Made by a program: the position numbers and the translations under genes. From contig OX597820.1 in assembly GCA_951406725.2 (NCBI GenBank), positions 123,690,001 to 123,754,000 on the forward strand: a stretch of DNA of 64,000 bases. Reading direction: 5' to 3'. This document shows, piece by piece, positions 26,233 to 39,489 of the stretch. The first letter of the stretch is position 1. Every line of letters starts with the position of its first letter. Below the pieces are notes generated by a model. That model made no database searches. It had not been told where the DNA came from and saw nothing but the letters and a program-made list of their open reading frames with translations. This DNA comes from Octopus vulgaris (lineage: Eukaryota).

Positions 26233-26785
26233 GTGCAGGAATGGTCGTGTGGTAGGAAATCGCTTGCTACCACATGGCAGAAAGTATTGAACCACTGTCT
26301 TCTCCCAAAGCCTGAGCCGACCAAATCCATGTCAGTGGATTTGATGAATGGGAACTGAAAGAAGCCCATCATATGTAGCTACTAAAATTGATAAGTGTAT
26401 AAACATATTGGCCAGGTGTATCTCTGGGATTGTTCAAATTGATGTAGACGCTTCTGATGAGAATCCATTAAGATTAGAAAATCGATTAAGGCTTTTCATC
26501 ATTTTAAAATTTATGAAGGAACAGCTAAATTAGCCCTGTTTATAAGGGTACTATGTAGGATACACTGCGTGCGCGCACATGCGTGTTTGTGTTTGTGCCA
26601 CTGACGTGTTTGACAACCAGTGTTGGTTTGTTGACGTTCCCGTAACATAGCCGTTCGGTATAAACTGAACGAAAGTACAAGAACAAATCTAAAACAAAAA
26701 TTAAGTGATGGGGGTGATTTGTTCGAGTAAACACTTCAAGGGGGTGCCCCTATTTCGATGAAATCCAATGACTGAAGCAAACGAA
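26233..26785 (+). mobile_element. Decayed SINE family B interrupted by an HHR-bearing insert
   Basis: The 5' half (26233-26372) and 3' half (26570-26785) match family B; about 200 bp of unrelated sequence lies between them. Confidence 0.6.
26450..26492 (+). ncRNA. Minimal type I hammerhead ribozyme motif (one stem II mismatch)
   Basis: GCTT-CTGATGA-GAATC CATTAA GATTA-GAA-AATCGATT (palindrome)-A-AGGC. Confidence 0.55.
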
Positions 26786-27699
26786 AGTTTAATACGAAGA
26801 ATAATATCATGTAACTGCGGTAATAGTCGAATAATATTCTTAATGCCGCAGTTTGCTCACACTCAGCATCTTCAGAGCTTTTCGCTAATTCACTTCTTAA
26901 CCAAATTGAAAACTGTTAACATTCTTGAAGAGGGCTTGTCCCTAGCAACGTTTTGGCATATAAAATTGAGATTTGGTCCAGTAGAAAAAAGTTTACATCA
27001 AAATATTTGTAGCAAAGTTATAGGAAATTAAGTAGCACCTCCAGTCAAGTTTAGATCTAAATAGCTGGTTTATTTTAAAAGCAAAATATATTTATCTTAG
27101 CGTGAATGATAGCAGAAAGCATGAAGAATATCATGGTATTGATCCCATGCTATAAAAAGTTTTATAAAAAGTTGAGGTAAAATACCATGAAAAAATATAA
27201 GCAAAGCAAAAAATTGGATTTAAGTATAATTAACTTTTTTATTTTAAAAACAATCTACATTTCAATTAAGCTTAAATGATAGTGCTCAATTCGTGGGCTT
27301 TCGTGGTCTCAATATCATACAATGAAGTTTTAAATGATAAAAAATTATAAGCGTTTGTTTCTCAAATTTGAAGGTGGTAATATATTTCTATACTTTTTTG
27401 TGAATATAGTTCTATAAGAGGACTTTTAATATATGTCACCGGCAACATTGAGGTAAGGAAATAATTATCAACGACACTGCTAATTTGCAATTAGTTTAAT
27501 TACGTCATCTGTATTAATTGATGCAATTATATCATAAAAATGAAAAAAAAAAATATTATTTAGAAATTTTGGCAATAACTTAGCCAGTTTGGCAATCTTT
27601 CGTTGTACGACGTTCGGTAATTTCCGTAGAGAATTTTCGTTCATTTATTTTTGTGAGTGGAAATGTATATTTTGTTGGAAGTTAGTATAAAGTGAAAGA

Positions 27700-28126
27700 G
27701 GTGCGGGAGTGGCTGTGTGGTAAGTAGCTTGCTAACCAACCACATGGTTCCGGGTTCAGTACCACTGCGTGGCATCTTGGGCAAGTGTCTTCTGCTATAG
27801 CCTCGGGCCGACTAATGCCTTGTGAGTAGATTTGGTAGACGGAAACTGAAAGAAGCCTGTCGTATATATGTATATATATATATGTATATGTATGTAAGTG
27901 TATGTGTTTGTGTGTCTGTGTTTGTACCCCTAGCATTGCTTGACAACCGATGCTGGCGTGTTTACGTCCCCGTCACTTAGCGGTTCGGCAAAAGAGACCA
28001 ATAGAATAAGTACTGGGCTTAGAAAGAATAAGTTCTGGGGTCGATTTGCTCGACTAAAGGCGGTGCTCCAGCATGGCCACATTCAAATGACTGAAACATG
28101 TAAAAGAGTAAAAGAGAGTAAAGAGA
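27700..28126 (+). mobile_element. tRNA-derived SINE, family B
   Basis: Near-identical to 22643-23080. Confidence 0.88.
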
Positions 28127-28203
28127 GTGGAAATGGATATGGACGTGTGTATGTGTTGATGGAGGTGGGGCTGGCGAGACAGAAGGTGTCTGCATGTGTG
28201 TGC

Positions 28204-28247
<44 letters not shown>

Positions 28248-28556
28248 GATGACAGCGTGTATTTTTACTTATTTTTCTCGCATCTTTTTACAGTGAATGT
28301 GTGAGTGATTGACTGAGAGAGAGGGTGAAAGAGAGAGAAAGAGAAAGAGAAGGTGTGTGTTGCTGTTTGTGTGTGTGTGCGTGTAGACATATATATATAG
28401 AGAGAGAGGGAGAAAAGAAAGTGATAGTGTAAAGTTTACTTAGCTACTTATATATACACGCAAAAAAATTGTCCTGAGAATACACACCCTCACTCAGTGA
28501 GTGACTTTTTCTCTCTCCATCACAAGTACACATATAAAAACATGTATGCATATATA

Positions 28557-28787
28557 TTTCTTTACTACCCACAAGGGGCTAAACATAGAGGGGACAAACA
28601 AGGACAGACAATCGAATTTAAGTCGATTATATCGACCCCAGTGCGTAACTGGTACTTAATTTATCGACCCCGAAAGGATGAAAGGCAAAGTCGACCTCGG
28701 CGGAATTTGAACTCAGAACGTAACGACAGACGAAATACCGCTAAGCATTTCGCCCGGCGTGCTAACGTTTTTGCCAGCTCGCCGCCC
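28557..28787 (-). mobile_element. SINE family C
   Basis: Same consensus as 25095 and 50734. Confidence 0.85.
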
Positions 28788-29050
28788 TGTATGCATACAT
28801 GTATGCATATATGTCTATGCATGTACTTGTATACGACAGATTATGCACGTACGCATGTGTTTGTGTTTGTGTGTGACTGACCCTAGCCATTTTACACATA
28901 CACGACAGCATATCACTCTTTCTTTCTCAGTTAATCACTTGCACACTAAAAAAAGATGCGAGAAAAACTAAATTTATAAAAAAAATTATGCTATCACTCT
29001 CTCCCTCTCTCTCTCTCTCTGTCACTCACACGCAGCAACACACTTTCTCG

Positions 29051-29085
<35 letters not shown>

Positions 29086-29199
29086 AACACATCTCTCTCT
29101 CAGTCAATCACTCATTCACTCACTCAAAAAGATGCAAAGGAAAATAAATAAAAAAATGTACGCTGTCACGTCTCTCTCACCCTCACACTCACTCACACA

Positions 29200-29239
<40 letters not shown>

Positions 29240-29462
29240 CACTTTAAATTTATTATTCAATTTTCAATAAGGTAAACCTTGATTTATTAATTGACACATT
29301 ATTAATTAGCTTAGCTTGGAAAACATATAGATTACGTAGAAAAATGTGAGCAAGAGAAATAATATTGTGAAGATTATAAACTTGGGAAAGTACAGGAGAA
29401 ACTATTACACTTGGAAAAGTTCAGGGCAAGTTATTACATCTGGTAAAGTAAAAACAAGAAAA

Positions 29463-29857
29463 TCTGTATATATAAAAGTGAAGTTGTGTGCTGTCTGTCT
29501 CCTACGATTTAGATTCCTAACTACTCCCACATTTTGCGGTGCAGTTTAACCAAATCCGGGTATCTTATAGTCGTGATTCATATCGAGCCCTTCTGGGTAT
29601 TAGCGCGAGTCTACGATGAGTCTATGATTTAAAAAAAAAATACCATAAATTTTCCCCATTTTTAATGCATTTTTAGCATATATAAGGGAAGTAACTCTCT
29701 AAATATTTATTATTAAATCTCAGAACGTAAAAAGCTACAGTAACACCCCCCGTTTGTGGTTAGCCATATTGAGATGGCTATTATACTTTACATCTCTAAA
29801 AATGCTTATATAGTTATTTCCCTTACAAACCCGAGCAACGCCGGGCGATACTGCTAG
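29463..29857 (+). mobile_element. Non-autonomous Helitron
   Basis: 5' A|TCTGTATATATAAAAGTG; 3' hairpin CCCGAGCAACGCCGGG followed by CTAG terminus. It interrupts one arm of an inverted repeat whose other arm shows the empty site. Confidence 0.82.
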
Positions 29858-30161
29858 ATTTTACTAAAAATATTGCAGCTAAGGATAAAATTTGAATATT
29901 AAAATTTATTTGATTTTAATATACAAAGTAACATTATAATAAATAGAGGTACCATCATTTTGTGAAAATATTGACAAACTAGAATATTTTTAAAATGAGT
30001 GCCAGAAGTGCCAATATGGCTAAAGTTTTATGCAAAGCAGAATAGTATATACGGTGGGTAAATTCATTGTCAAAGGCATTGAGTCAAAATCATAAATGTG
30101 AAAACTTGACCATAACATAGGCAATAACTCAAGCAAATTTTACCGCGAACTTGTTGTTGTA

Positions 30162-30541
30162 CACTTGCGTCAGAAATTAATTAGCACTTCTCAAATTTCT
30201 ACATTAAATAGGTTAAATCAATTAACCTATCAGCTGTTCAAAATGTCTTACGCGATGAGAAAACTTAGTATGGTGTGATTTCGGTCCTTGCGAGGCGCTA
30301 CCTATATCTATTAAACAAAGGAAGATTTGTCTGCATCCGCACTCCAAGTTGTTGTTGCACTGCTATGTCAACATCATAAGGCTGTAGACTCTCAAACTGC
30401 TCTGCAAACAAAGTTACGTCATCGTTCTGCGCAACAGTGAACTCGCAACAAAGCAATAGTTCGAGATATGGCCACTAGGTGACAGCACATACCTTGAGTG
30501 AAGAGCAAATCAAGGGTGCTAATTAATTTCTGACGGTAGTG
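30162..30541. mobile_element. Tc1/mariner-type MITE
   Basis: TIRs CACTTGCGTCAGAAATTAATTAGCAC and GTGCTAATTAATTTCTGACGGTAGTG, with TA on both flanks. Confidence 0.8.
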
Positions 30542-31129
30542 TAGGTAGATTTCACACTAACACATAACTATTATATAGTACAGTATATTATATTGTATTA
30601 TTCTATTTATTGTACAAATTATGTTCTACTATTTGTTTACAACCTATTTCTAAATTTATAATTATTAATGAATAATAAAAAAAAACAATTTTGTTAAAGT
30701 GCAAAAAAATATCATAATTTAATAGAAGTATCAAGTAATAACAAATAGAAGTAATAAATTGTAATAAAATATTTAGTTTTAATAAAAGTTAATATTTCCT
30801 GAATCTAAAATTTTATCCTTAGCTGCAATATTTTAAGTAGAAATGTTCTTGTTGTGTACTTTATCAGTTGTAATAACTTGTCCTGAGATTTTCCAAGAGC
30901 AATAACTTATATGTTCTAAGTACCAAGTATATGATAATATAATTGTCAATAACATCAACATTTTTCCGGAGCAGAGTGATTCATTTTCATTTTGCACAGA
31001 AATCCAGTTAATTTCTGCGATTTCTAATGTCAGTAAAAATGTATTAACCTTACACGTTTCTAGCATTCGTTAATTATACACGATCAATTTCAGTTCTCCT
31101 CAGATAACCCAAATAAGCAAATGTAATTG

Positions 31130-31445
31130 GCATTCCGTCGTTTACGACGACGAGCGCTCCAGTTCATCCGATCTACGGAAAAGCCTGCTCGTGAAATTAA
31201 CGTGAAAGTGGCTGAGTACTCATAGTGCACGCATACTCTTAATGCAGTTCTCAGGAAGATTCAAAGTGGCACAAAAAGTGACGAGGTTGGCCATTTGAAA
31301 TACAGGTACTACACCTTTTTACCTGCGAGTGGACTATTGTAACATGAAATAAAGTGTTTCCTCAAGGACACAGCACACTGCCGGGAATCGAACTGACTAC
31401 CTTATGATCGTGAGCCGAATACCCTAACCACTAAACCACGCGCCT
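31130..31445 (-). mobile_element. tRNA-derived SINE, family A
   Basis: Homologous to 19281-19600. Confidence 0.8.
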
Positions 31446-31539
31446 TCACGAAAGAAAGCAAGACGAATGATATTTCACTTAATGTAGCAAGAACCTCCGC
31501 ACAGGTCGAACTCGTAAAAGCTGAGTATACTAAGTTTGG

Positions 31540-31719
31540 AACATTATTTATATTATTTACAATTGACGGATATTTGTCCCCATCTTGTTTGTTGTTAACA
31601 CAACGTTTCGGCTGATATACCCTCCAGCCTTCATCAGGTGTCTTGGAGGAAATTTCGAACATGGGTTCTCATTCCTTAGGTATTTTTCGATCTTGTTATT
31701 GTCCTTGTTATTATTATTA

Positions 31720-31766
<47 letters not shown>

Positions 31767-31791
31767 GTTATTATTATTATTATTATTATTA

Positions 31792-31856
<65 letters not shown>

Positions 31857-32008
31857 TAGTTGTATTTATATAACGTGCTTTCACTTCAGTACCGAGCGCA
31901 ACTCTGTGTGTCTTGTGTATGCCCATGGGCATATGGCGTAGTTGCAAAGAGCGTGGGATACTAACCCCAAGATTCCAAGTTCGATTCTAGGCTGTGACCT
32001 GAATAATG

Positions 32009-32057
<49 letters not shown>

Positions 32058-32256
32058 TAACAACAACAACAACATCGAAAAATACCTTAGGAATGATAAC
32101 CCAGGTTCGAAATTTCCCCAAGACACCTAATGAAGGCCGGAGAGTATATCACCCGAAACTTTGTGTTAACAACAAACAAGATGAGGACAAATATCCATTA
32201 ACTGTAAATAATATAAATAATGTACATAATTCCTCATCTCTTAAATATAGAATTGT
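31540..32256. mobile_element. Inverted pair of HHR-bearing Penelope-like terminal repeats around (TTA)n, a tRNA-like segment and (AAT)n
   Basis: 31540-31695 is the reverse complement of about 32071-32225; tRNA-like head at 31927-31999. Confidence 0.75.
31597..31642 (-). ncRNA. Minimal type I hammerhead ribozyme (Penelope type)
   Basis: GACAC-CTGATGA-A-GGCTG(GAGGGTATAT)CAGCC-GAA-ACGT-T-GTGTT. The palindromic mini stem III is typical of dimer-acting PLE HHRs. The partner at 32122-32167 (+) is mutated (CTAATGA). Confidence 0.7.
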
Positions 32257-34985
32257 ATTACAATTTTAGTCCACGCTTCTATCAACTGCACTTAATTTGG
32301 TAACGTAAGAGAAAGACATAGGCGTCGACGAAGCTAACTATTGCTACTCTCCACAGTTACACACGCATAACGCGCGCACGTGTTTTGGTTAAATGTAGAG
32401 TATCCGTCAAGTTTGAAATAAAGTAGAGATTCACTTTCGATTGCAGACGGGCATTTTTATTTCACCCTGAAGCATATTTAGATTATTCGATTTTAACATG
32501 GCTATAGCTCGTTTATAATTGAATTTAGCTTTGCGAAAGAAGAAAAACTGCGGCAGCTATATCATCAAGTGCAGCAATTGTAACAACTATACAAGAAACA
32601 ACAACAGCAATAACAACAAAACCAAAATAACCACGAAAACATTGAACCATTATTGTTTTAGAATTTAACTATTAATTAAATAAATGCTGGTGCTCTGTAT
32701 TTTACTTTTCTCCCCACAAAACGATAATTAGTGTTCTGTCGTCTGTATTTGTCGTGAAAGAGAACAACTATGGCATTACAACTGATGCAGCAACAGTTGA
32801 AAAACAAACAAATCTAACCAGGAGAATAATCAACTTTAAAAGAGAAACAAAATCAAAGCAAGAACTGTAATATCAACAATGCTCAACGTCTTCCTACGTA
32901 AATAGTGCCAGATGGGAGGATCACATTCCAAGGAGAATTAAGAAAACGGGGGAACCTATAACAGAGATGCGTTGAAGCCAGAATAACGCCTTGTGAAACT
33001 TTTCAGCTTCGATCACACTCTACATAATATATATTAGTTTGAGGACGGTATCCGAGTGACCATTTCACCATCATTTTGTCCGCCTTACGCTTAGAATATA
33101 CAATGGTTCCAAATTTGGGCACCGGTCTAGCAGTTTTTGAGATGGTGGGTAAGTCGATTACATACACCCTTGAACTTTAACTGCACATATTTTATCGACC
33201 CTGAAAGGATGAAAGCCAAAATCAACTACGTCGAAATTTGAGCTCAAAACGTAAACATAGACAAAATATTACTAGCATGTCCACCATGCTAAAGGTTCTT
33301 CCAACCCACCGCTATATAACACTTAAAATATATAAAGAACTCTTAGTATTTTTCGTTTTATAATTTTAAATTCGGCGTTACTAATCCAGTCACTTGTGGA
33401 AGTTTTGGTTAGACAAATTGGGAAATACTAGAAAACATAGGAAATCTCATCATTTTTAAAATTGATTTCTTTATTGCCCACAGAGGGCTAAACATAGAGG
33501 GGATAAACAATGACAGACAAAGGGATTAAGTCGAATATATTGACCCCGGTGTGTAAACTGCTACTTACTTTATCGCCCCCGAAAGGATGAAAGGCACAGT
33601 CGATTACTATAAATATATTCTGTTGATGAGATCGAAAATGTCTCAATATGTAAATAGACTTATTGCTTGAAGATTGCTGCTGTTTCAACCTAAACAATAA
33701 TAATAATAACAAAAGTGATAATTGCATAAAAACGATCAAATTTTGACATATCCGTGCGCCTCACCCCGAAATCCTTGTAACGGCTGGGATCTGAGGCGTT
33801 GAGGCCTGCATCACCCGTTGCTTCTAATTCATTTGTGCTTGCATAGACACATATACATATACATTCACACTCACACACACATATGCATAGCTACGTATCT
33901 TTGCCATCAGGTATTTTCTTATGTCGGAGAATTTCAAATTCTCCCACTTCAAGAAAATGCTAGCAGGAAAAATGCCAACGGCATGAATTAATTTATAGCG
34001 GTCGTTAACCAGCTTACAGCGACCCCCAAAATATGCTTTCAGCGCAAATTTCTGCAACACATTCAGAATGGGACAGGCAATACCAGGCGAGGAAATATCA
34101 ACGGGCTGTCGCTGATTCTGTTGTAGTTTAGCCAGTACATAATCTAATTCAATTAATTATTTTACTCCATATATATATGGTCAGTAAATGGTTGGAAAAC
34201 AACACCAAATAAACTTTTGTAAAATATATTCCTAATTCATTATGCAGATTTAATACGCTCTCTCTCTACATTCTTATAAATTTCCGAGTGGAACGGTTAG
34301 AGAATATGATGATATATCTAAGACAATAATGGCGTATGATATGAATAGATTTGGTTGGCTAATATTTCTGGGTGCTATAAAGATGAGTGCTGCTAGAATC
34401 GTAAACATGTCTTTACGCTCCGGGTTCACATTCTGCCGAAATCGGTTTTGCTCTTCATCTTTTCGGGGTCGATGACATAAGTACCAGTGCCGAATTGGGG
34501 TTGATGTAGTCGCTTTAGTGCCTCACAACCAAATCTGCTGGCCTTACGTGTGTTTGTGAATGCAAAGCCGAATATTCGAATATCCCCAGAAACCATTTTC
34601 GCGAAATCAATCTCAGTATTATAAGTCATGAATAATACATTGGTAATTCAATCAGATCAGTCAGTAGTAGTGTTTGTAATACCTTGGTTTCAGTCTTTGA
34701 GTCCTTTTTAGTTTACACGCTGTTTACATCATCGCTTGCAGCTATATTAATTAGTACGTTAAGATTAAATATTTCGCTGAAAGTATTTCAATCATTGCCA
34801 ATGCAATCTAGTGAAATCCCCGATCTTTACATATGACAGTTATGTGTTTCTATGATCTATAATTAACAGATGTTCTTAAAATGCCACTCACGGAACTATA
34901 TGCTGTATCTAATAAGCATACGGATTTCAGTCGGCTGATCGAGATATACCTGCGAGTATATGTTATGTCGAATATAAGAATTGGT

Positions 34986-35520
34986 AAGACGGTGAGCTGA
35001 TAGAACCGTTAGCACGCCGGGCAAAATGCGTAGCTGTATTTCGTCAGCTGCTCCGTTCTGAGTTAAAATTCCGCCGAGGTCGACTTTGTCTTGCTTTCAT
35101 CCTTTCTGGGTGGATTAAATAAGTACCAGTTAATCGACTTAATCTGTTTGTCTGTCCTTGTTTGTTCTCTCTGTGTTTAGCCCCTTGTGGGTAGTAAAGA
35201 AATAGGCATTTCTTCTGTCGCTACGTACTGAGTTAAAATTCCGCCGAGGTCGACTTTGCCTTTCGTCCTTTCTGGGTGGATTAAATAAGTACCAGTTAAT
35301 CGACTTAATCCGTTTGTCTGTCCTTGTTTGTCCTCTCTGTGTTTAGCCCCTTGTGGGTAGTAAAGAAATAGGTATTTTGTCTGTCTTTACGTTCTGAGTT
35401 CGACTTTGCCTTTCATCCTTTCGGGGTCGATTTTTTAAATACTAGTTGCGTACTAGGGTCAATCTAATCGACTGGTCTCCTCCCCCAAAATTCCGGGTGT
35501 TGTGCCTAGAGTAGAAAGGA
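34986..35520 (+). mobile_element. SINE family C with tandemly repeated body (about 170-bp period, 3 units)
   Basis: One head followed by units starting at about 35036, 35205 and 35371. Confidence 0.85.
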
Positions 35521-37444
35521 ATATACTCGTTGGTGAATTTTCAAAGGCAATCGGAAGAGGGTAAAACATCCAGCCATGAGACAGAATTGTATTTGACTCC
35601 CTTAAAGTGTCCTCCAATCAGTAGCGTTCGACAAGCTCAATAAATAATGATAATAAGTTTCAAATTCGTATAAGTAAATACATCTCGCTTTTGCCAAAGA
35701 TGTTAAAAGTGTAAATAAATTGAAATCGGATTAGAGTCTCAGTTTGTGAAAAGAGTACTCTTTTTTCCAGTGAGTTTATGATTTATTAAGAATATTTAAA
35801 ATGAAATGTCTACGCCAAATCCCCGCGATATCACTGTGTACACATTTAGGAAACAATAATATTCGCCTTCAATTTTTCAGTCAATCCTTTCTGAATTAAT
35901 TTTCCTTATATGACCATTTAGCTTCAATACATCTTTTAATGTATTTATACAGCCTACTTTGAATGCGCTGAACCCAAGGCAGGGAAATACCAAAATCAAA
36001 ACCGAAGATTTTCCTGAAGATAATTGAAAAACATATCGATAAACTCGAGATAGACATTAGGTGTTTAGCATGCAGAAAATGAATCGATTTGTGAGCCTCT
36101 ATATCAACACTATCCCAACCTCAATTAGCAGCAAATTTCACTCTACCGTCTGAAAAAAACTCAGGTTGAATAGCATAATTTTGTCTCAACATAGCCGGTA
36201 TGGTCATCGTGGGAATGTCTTCATCTATAGGACTACTCGATCAGGAAAGGCTTAAAGCTAAACACCATGAGCCAGTGGACGTAGAACGAAATAACCATGG
36301 CTGATACACAATTAAGAACAGGTTGGAGAATTAAGAAATGTTCTTAAGTTTGACGATTTATAACTTCTTCTTGTTCATTAATATAGCCTCTTCATCTACT
36401 ATTCCAACACCATTCAACCGAAAATCCAGGTATTTGATCACATTGTCTAATGGTCGAGAGTTTTAAATGAAAGGGCTTCAATCCTTTTTTGTCAATATCA
36501 GCTACATCGGCTAAAATACTTATCACAGACACAAGTAAATTAAAAAAATAAGTAACAGGGAAATTATGTAAATAGTTCACAATTTATTTTCAGTCATGTA
36601 ATTGTAATTCAAAATCTTTTTCGCTTGCATTCTGTTGTTTAGGAGAATTTAAAAAATACCATGAAACAAATCGTGTAGAGGGATCCCAGCACAATTGCTG
36701 AGCCATTAAGCGTATTGAACTCCGTACTAAATGCTAGAAAAAATCGTTTGTAGTATTTCACTAACGATGCTTGTACTAATTGCTTAAGCCATCTGGAGGC
36801 AAGTATCTGATCATGATCTTAGTGTATCATCAACAATGAAGTATAAACCTTTTGCTCTTTGACCGTCAATCCAACATCCTACCAAGTAAATCAACCAGAG
36901 TTTAGACAAAAACGTCATTTACATAAAGTTTACTTGTCTCCTTTCCCATAATGACCAATCATTTTAGGACTTGTGCAATTAATTTCGTCTGACCTAAAAT
37001 GAGAACTGCAAATCAAACACTATGAATGATGTGAAGTGACATTTAAAAACGTCTGGTTTATATTTTCTCTCATACATTTACTCAGTTCTCTTCTGTTTTC
37101 AGTTCATCAATCTTTGAAATAAAATCATTGTTCATTAATTTTCTTCAAACCGACAGAGCATGTAAAAGCTTATGACCTTTTTTCCTAGAGTGGATGTCGG
37201 TACAAAGCAAAGCAAATTTGTTTTGAAATATCAAATGTTGTTACGCTTCCGTGCCATACTTCATACATCACGTTACATACGGCAGTATGTCACGTTATGA
37301 TTAAGTACAAGCGTAACTAAGCATATTTAAACAACGAACATTATTGCCAAAATCGATTTACAAATTTCTGAAGACAAAGTGCATATGTTTGTGTTTGGGA
37401 CATTTGAATTTGACTATTACCACGACAATAACGACGAAATTAGC

Positions 37445-37589
37445 GAAAATAATAATAATAATATTAATGACAATAATAATAATATCAATAATGATAATAT
37501 TACTGATAATAATAATAAAAATAATAATGATAATATGATAAAAATAATAATAATAATAATGATAATAATAATAAAATAATAATAATAAT

Positions 37590-37639
<50 letters not shown>

Positions 37640-37640
37640 C
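37445..37640. repeat. (AAT)n microsatellite, degenerate
   Basis: Directly visible. Confidence 0.95.
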
Positions 37641-38164
37641 ATGGCTTCTGATCTTAACTGATTGGAAGTGTTATCATGTACGTTGTTTCTTCTTGGTATA
37701 AAAGATCGGTTACAGCAATTATTCCTCCCAATCAAAAACATTTGCTTGTCAGTTGCTTGACCGTAACCAGCTGAGCGCGACACTTAGTGACTAACGATAT
37801 GTGCATTTCTGATCACAAACAGAAATAGTGGGGGAGCGTCGTAGCCGTTTGTTGAAAGGAATTCTTAGAGGTTTGGATAATTCACCTTTAGAAACATAGG
37901 TGTTTCGTTCAACATACTGAAAAATCATTATTCATGTGCCTTTTGAGGGGGATGGCCTATTCGATCTGACGAAAATTCTAACTGGGCCCCACCTGCAAGG
38001 TCATGCGCTGTTTATCTTGATATGAGGTCACCATGTCGCGCACATATGATTGTGATGCATGTGCTTAGTGTAAACGTATCAGACGGGTAGTAATGTTGGG
38101 TATACTGGGCTTCGTATATTTGTACCTCAGTGTCACTTTAATGGCATTCACTGCTCTCTCACTC
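37640..38164. mobile_element. Interspersed repeat inserted in (AAT)n, possibly R4/Dong-related non-coding part
   Basis: 525-bp higher-GC block bounded exactly by AAT runs. The family call is inferred from Dong's known (TAA)n targeting; no protein motif was seen. Confidence 0.4.
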
Positions 38165-38212
<48 letters not shown>

Positions 38213-38249
38213 CATAATAATAATGATGATGATGTTGATAAAAATAATG

Positions 38250-38717
38250 GTTTCTTTATTAACCACAAAGGGCTTGCATTAAGAAAAGAATTAGGGACAG
38301 TTCAAGACAAAAAAAAAAACGTTTGTGTGTGCTGTGAGTGTTTTGCGTGAAAACAAGATTAACATTATGATAAAAAGGAAACCAGTACGAAATCCTTAAT
38401 AGAGAAGAGACGTTCGAGGGTTGCTCATGGAAAAAACCCGTAAAAACCATGGGTACATTGAATTTTGAGGCAGGTGCCTCCTTTTCTTTCCTTTTCTCCG
38501 ACTACCGGCATATGCTCAAGGTAGGCCCATTCCCTCGCACCATTCTCGCCACTTTCACACACCTCTTACTAAACTGGCTAGAAGGTAAACACTTTCCTCT
38601 GTACACTTATTTTCCTTTTCAAGTGAAACTTGAAGAAGTCGACCAAAGAGAAAAAACTTTGTCTTCAACCGCTTTATTGTTGTCTACCATACAACCGCTT
38701 TCACCGTGGCCACCATG
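38250..38717 (-). mobile_element. Tx1-like LINE 3' remnant (homolog of the 6727-7620 element)
   Basis: Minus strand MVATVKAVVW*T..K...SLVDFFKFHLKRKISVQRK...KRCVKVARMV; the 3' end abuts (ATT)n. Confidence 0.7.
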
Positions 38718-39480
38718 GGCCCGTACAAAGTTTGAATTGTTTCCAAAAGAAGTTTTGCCCATTCTTCAGCTAAAACAGTTTCCAGTTCTTGTAGTGATGA
38801 TGGTGGAGTATATCGACTCCTTACTTGCTTTTGTAAAATGAAACATAAATGTTCAAAACTATTGAGACCTGGGGACTGCGGTGGCCAGATAAGATGTTGA
38901 ACTTCACTAGAATGTTCCTCGTACCATTCAGTAACAACTTTAACTCTGTGAATTAATGCATTATCACCCTGAATGATTGCGTTTCCCTCCGGAAATAGTT
39001 CCGCAACCATAGGATAAATTTGATACGATAAAATGCTTAAATAATCTTGACTATTAATTCTGCCATGAAGGGAAACTATTGGGCCTGCGGATTTCAAAGA
39101 TATAGCCCCACCCCAGGTCATCACAGACGCCCACCTTCATGTTTAATAGTTGGAAGAAGGCAGTCTGGCTGTCTCCACACGTATACTCGCCCGGTTGTCG
39201 GAAATAAGGTAATGAAGGTATCGTCCGAGAAAATAACATACTTCCACTGCTTTATGGACCAATTCTGTAGGTTTTTACCGCACTCTAAATGTTATGTAAC
39301 GTTTGTTTTTAAAAGTAGGGGTTTTCTGATTGAAACCCTCGCGTCAAATCCGGCTTTATGCAGCCTCCGGCGAACAGTTTTCGTGGAAACTGGGTTTTCG
39401 AGGTAGTCAGTAAGCACTGCAGTAATTTTGGGAGCTGTAATTTGGTGATCCTTTCTAACAATTCGCGTAAGAGTCCACCG
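38718..39480 (-). mobile_element. Tc1 transposase pseudogene
   Basis: VSTKTVRRRLHKAG...KPLL; VIFSDD; MTWG.IS...QGDNA.IH...WPPQSPGLNSFEHL (decayed DD34E); frameshifts. Confidence 0.92.
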
Positions 39481-39489
39481 TAAGAATTT

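Noticed and set aside
31927-31999. Genuine tRNA gene (likewise the SINE heads)
   Set aside because: Cloverleaf is imperfect and there is no oligo-T terminator; treated as tRNA-derived repeats.
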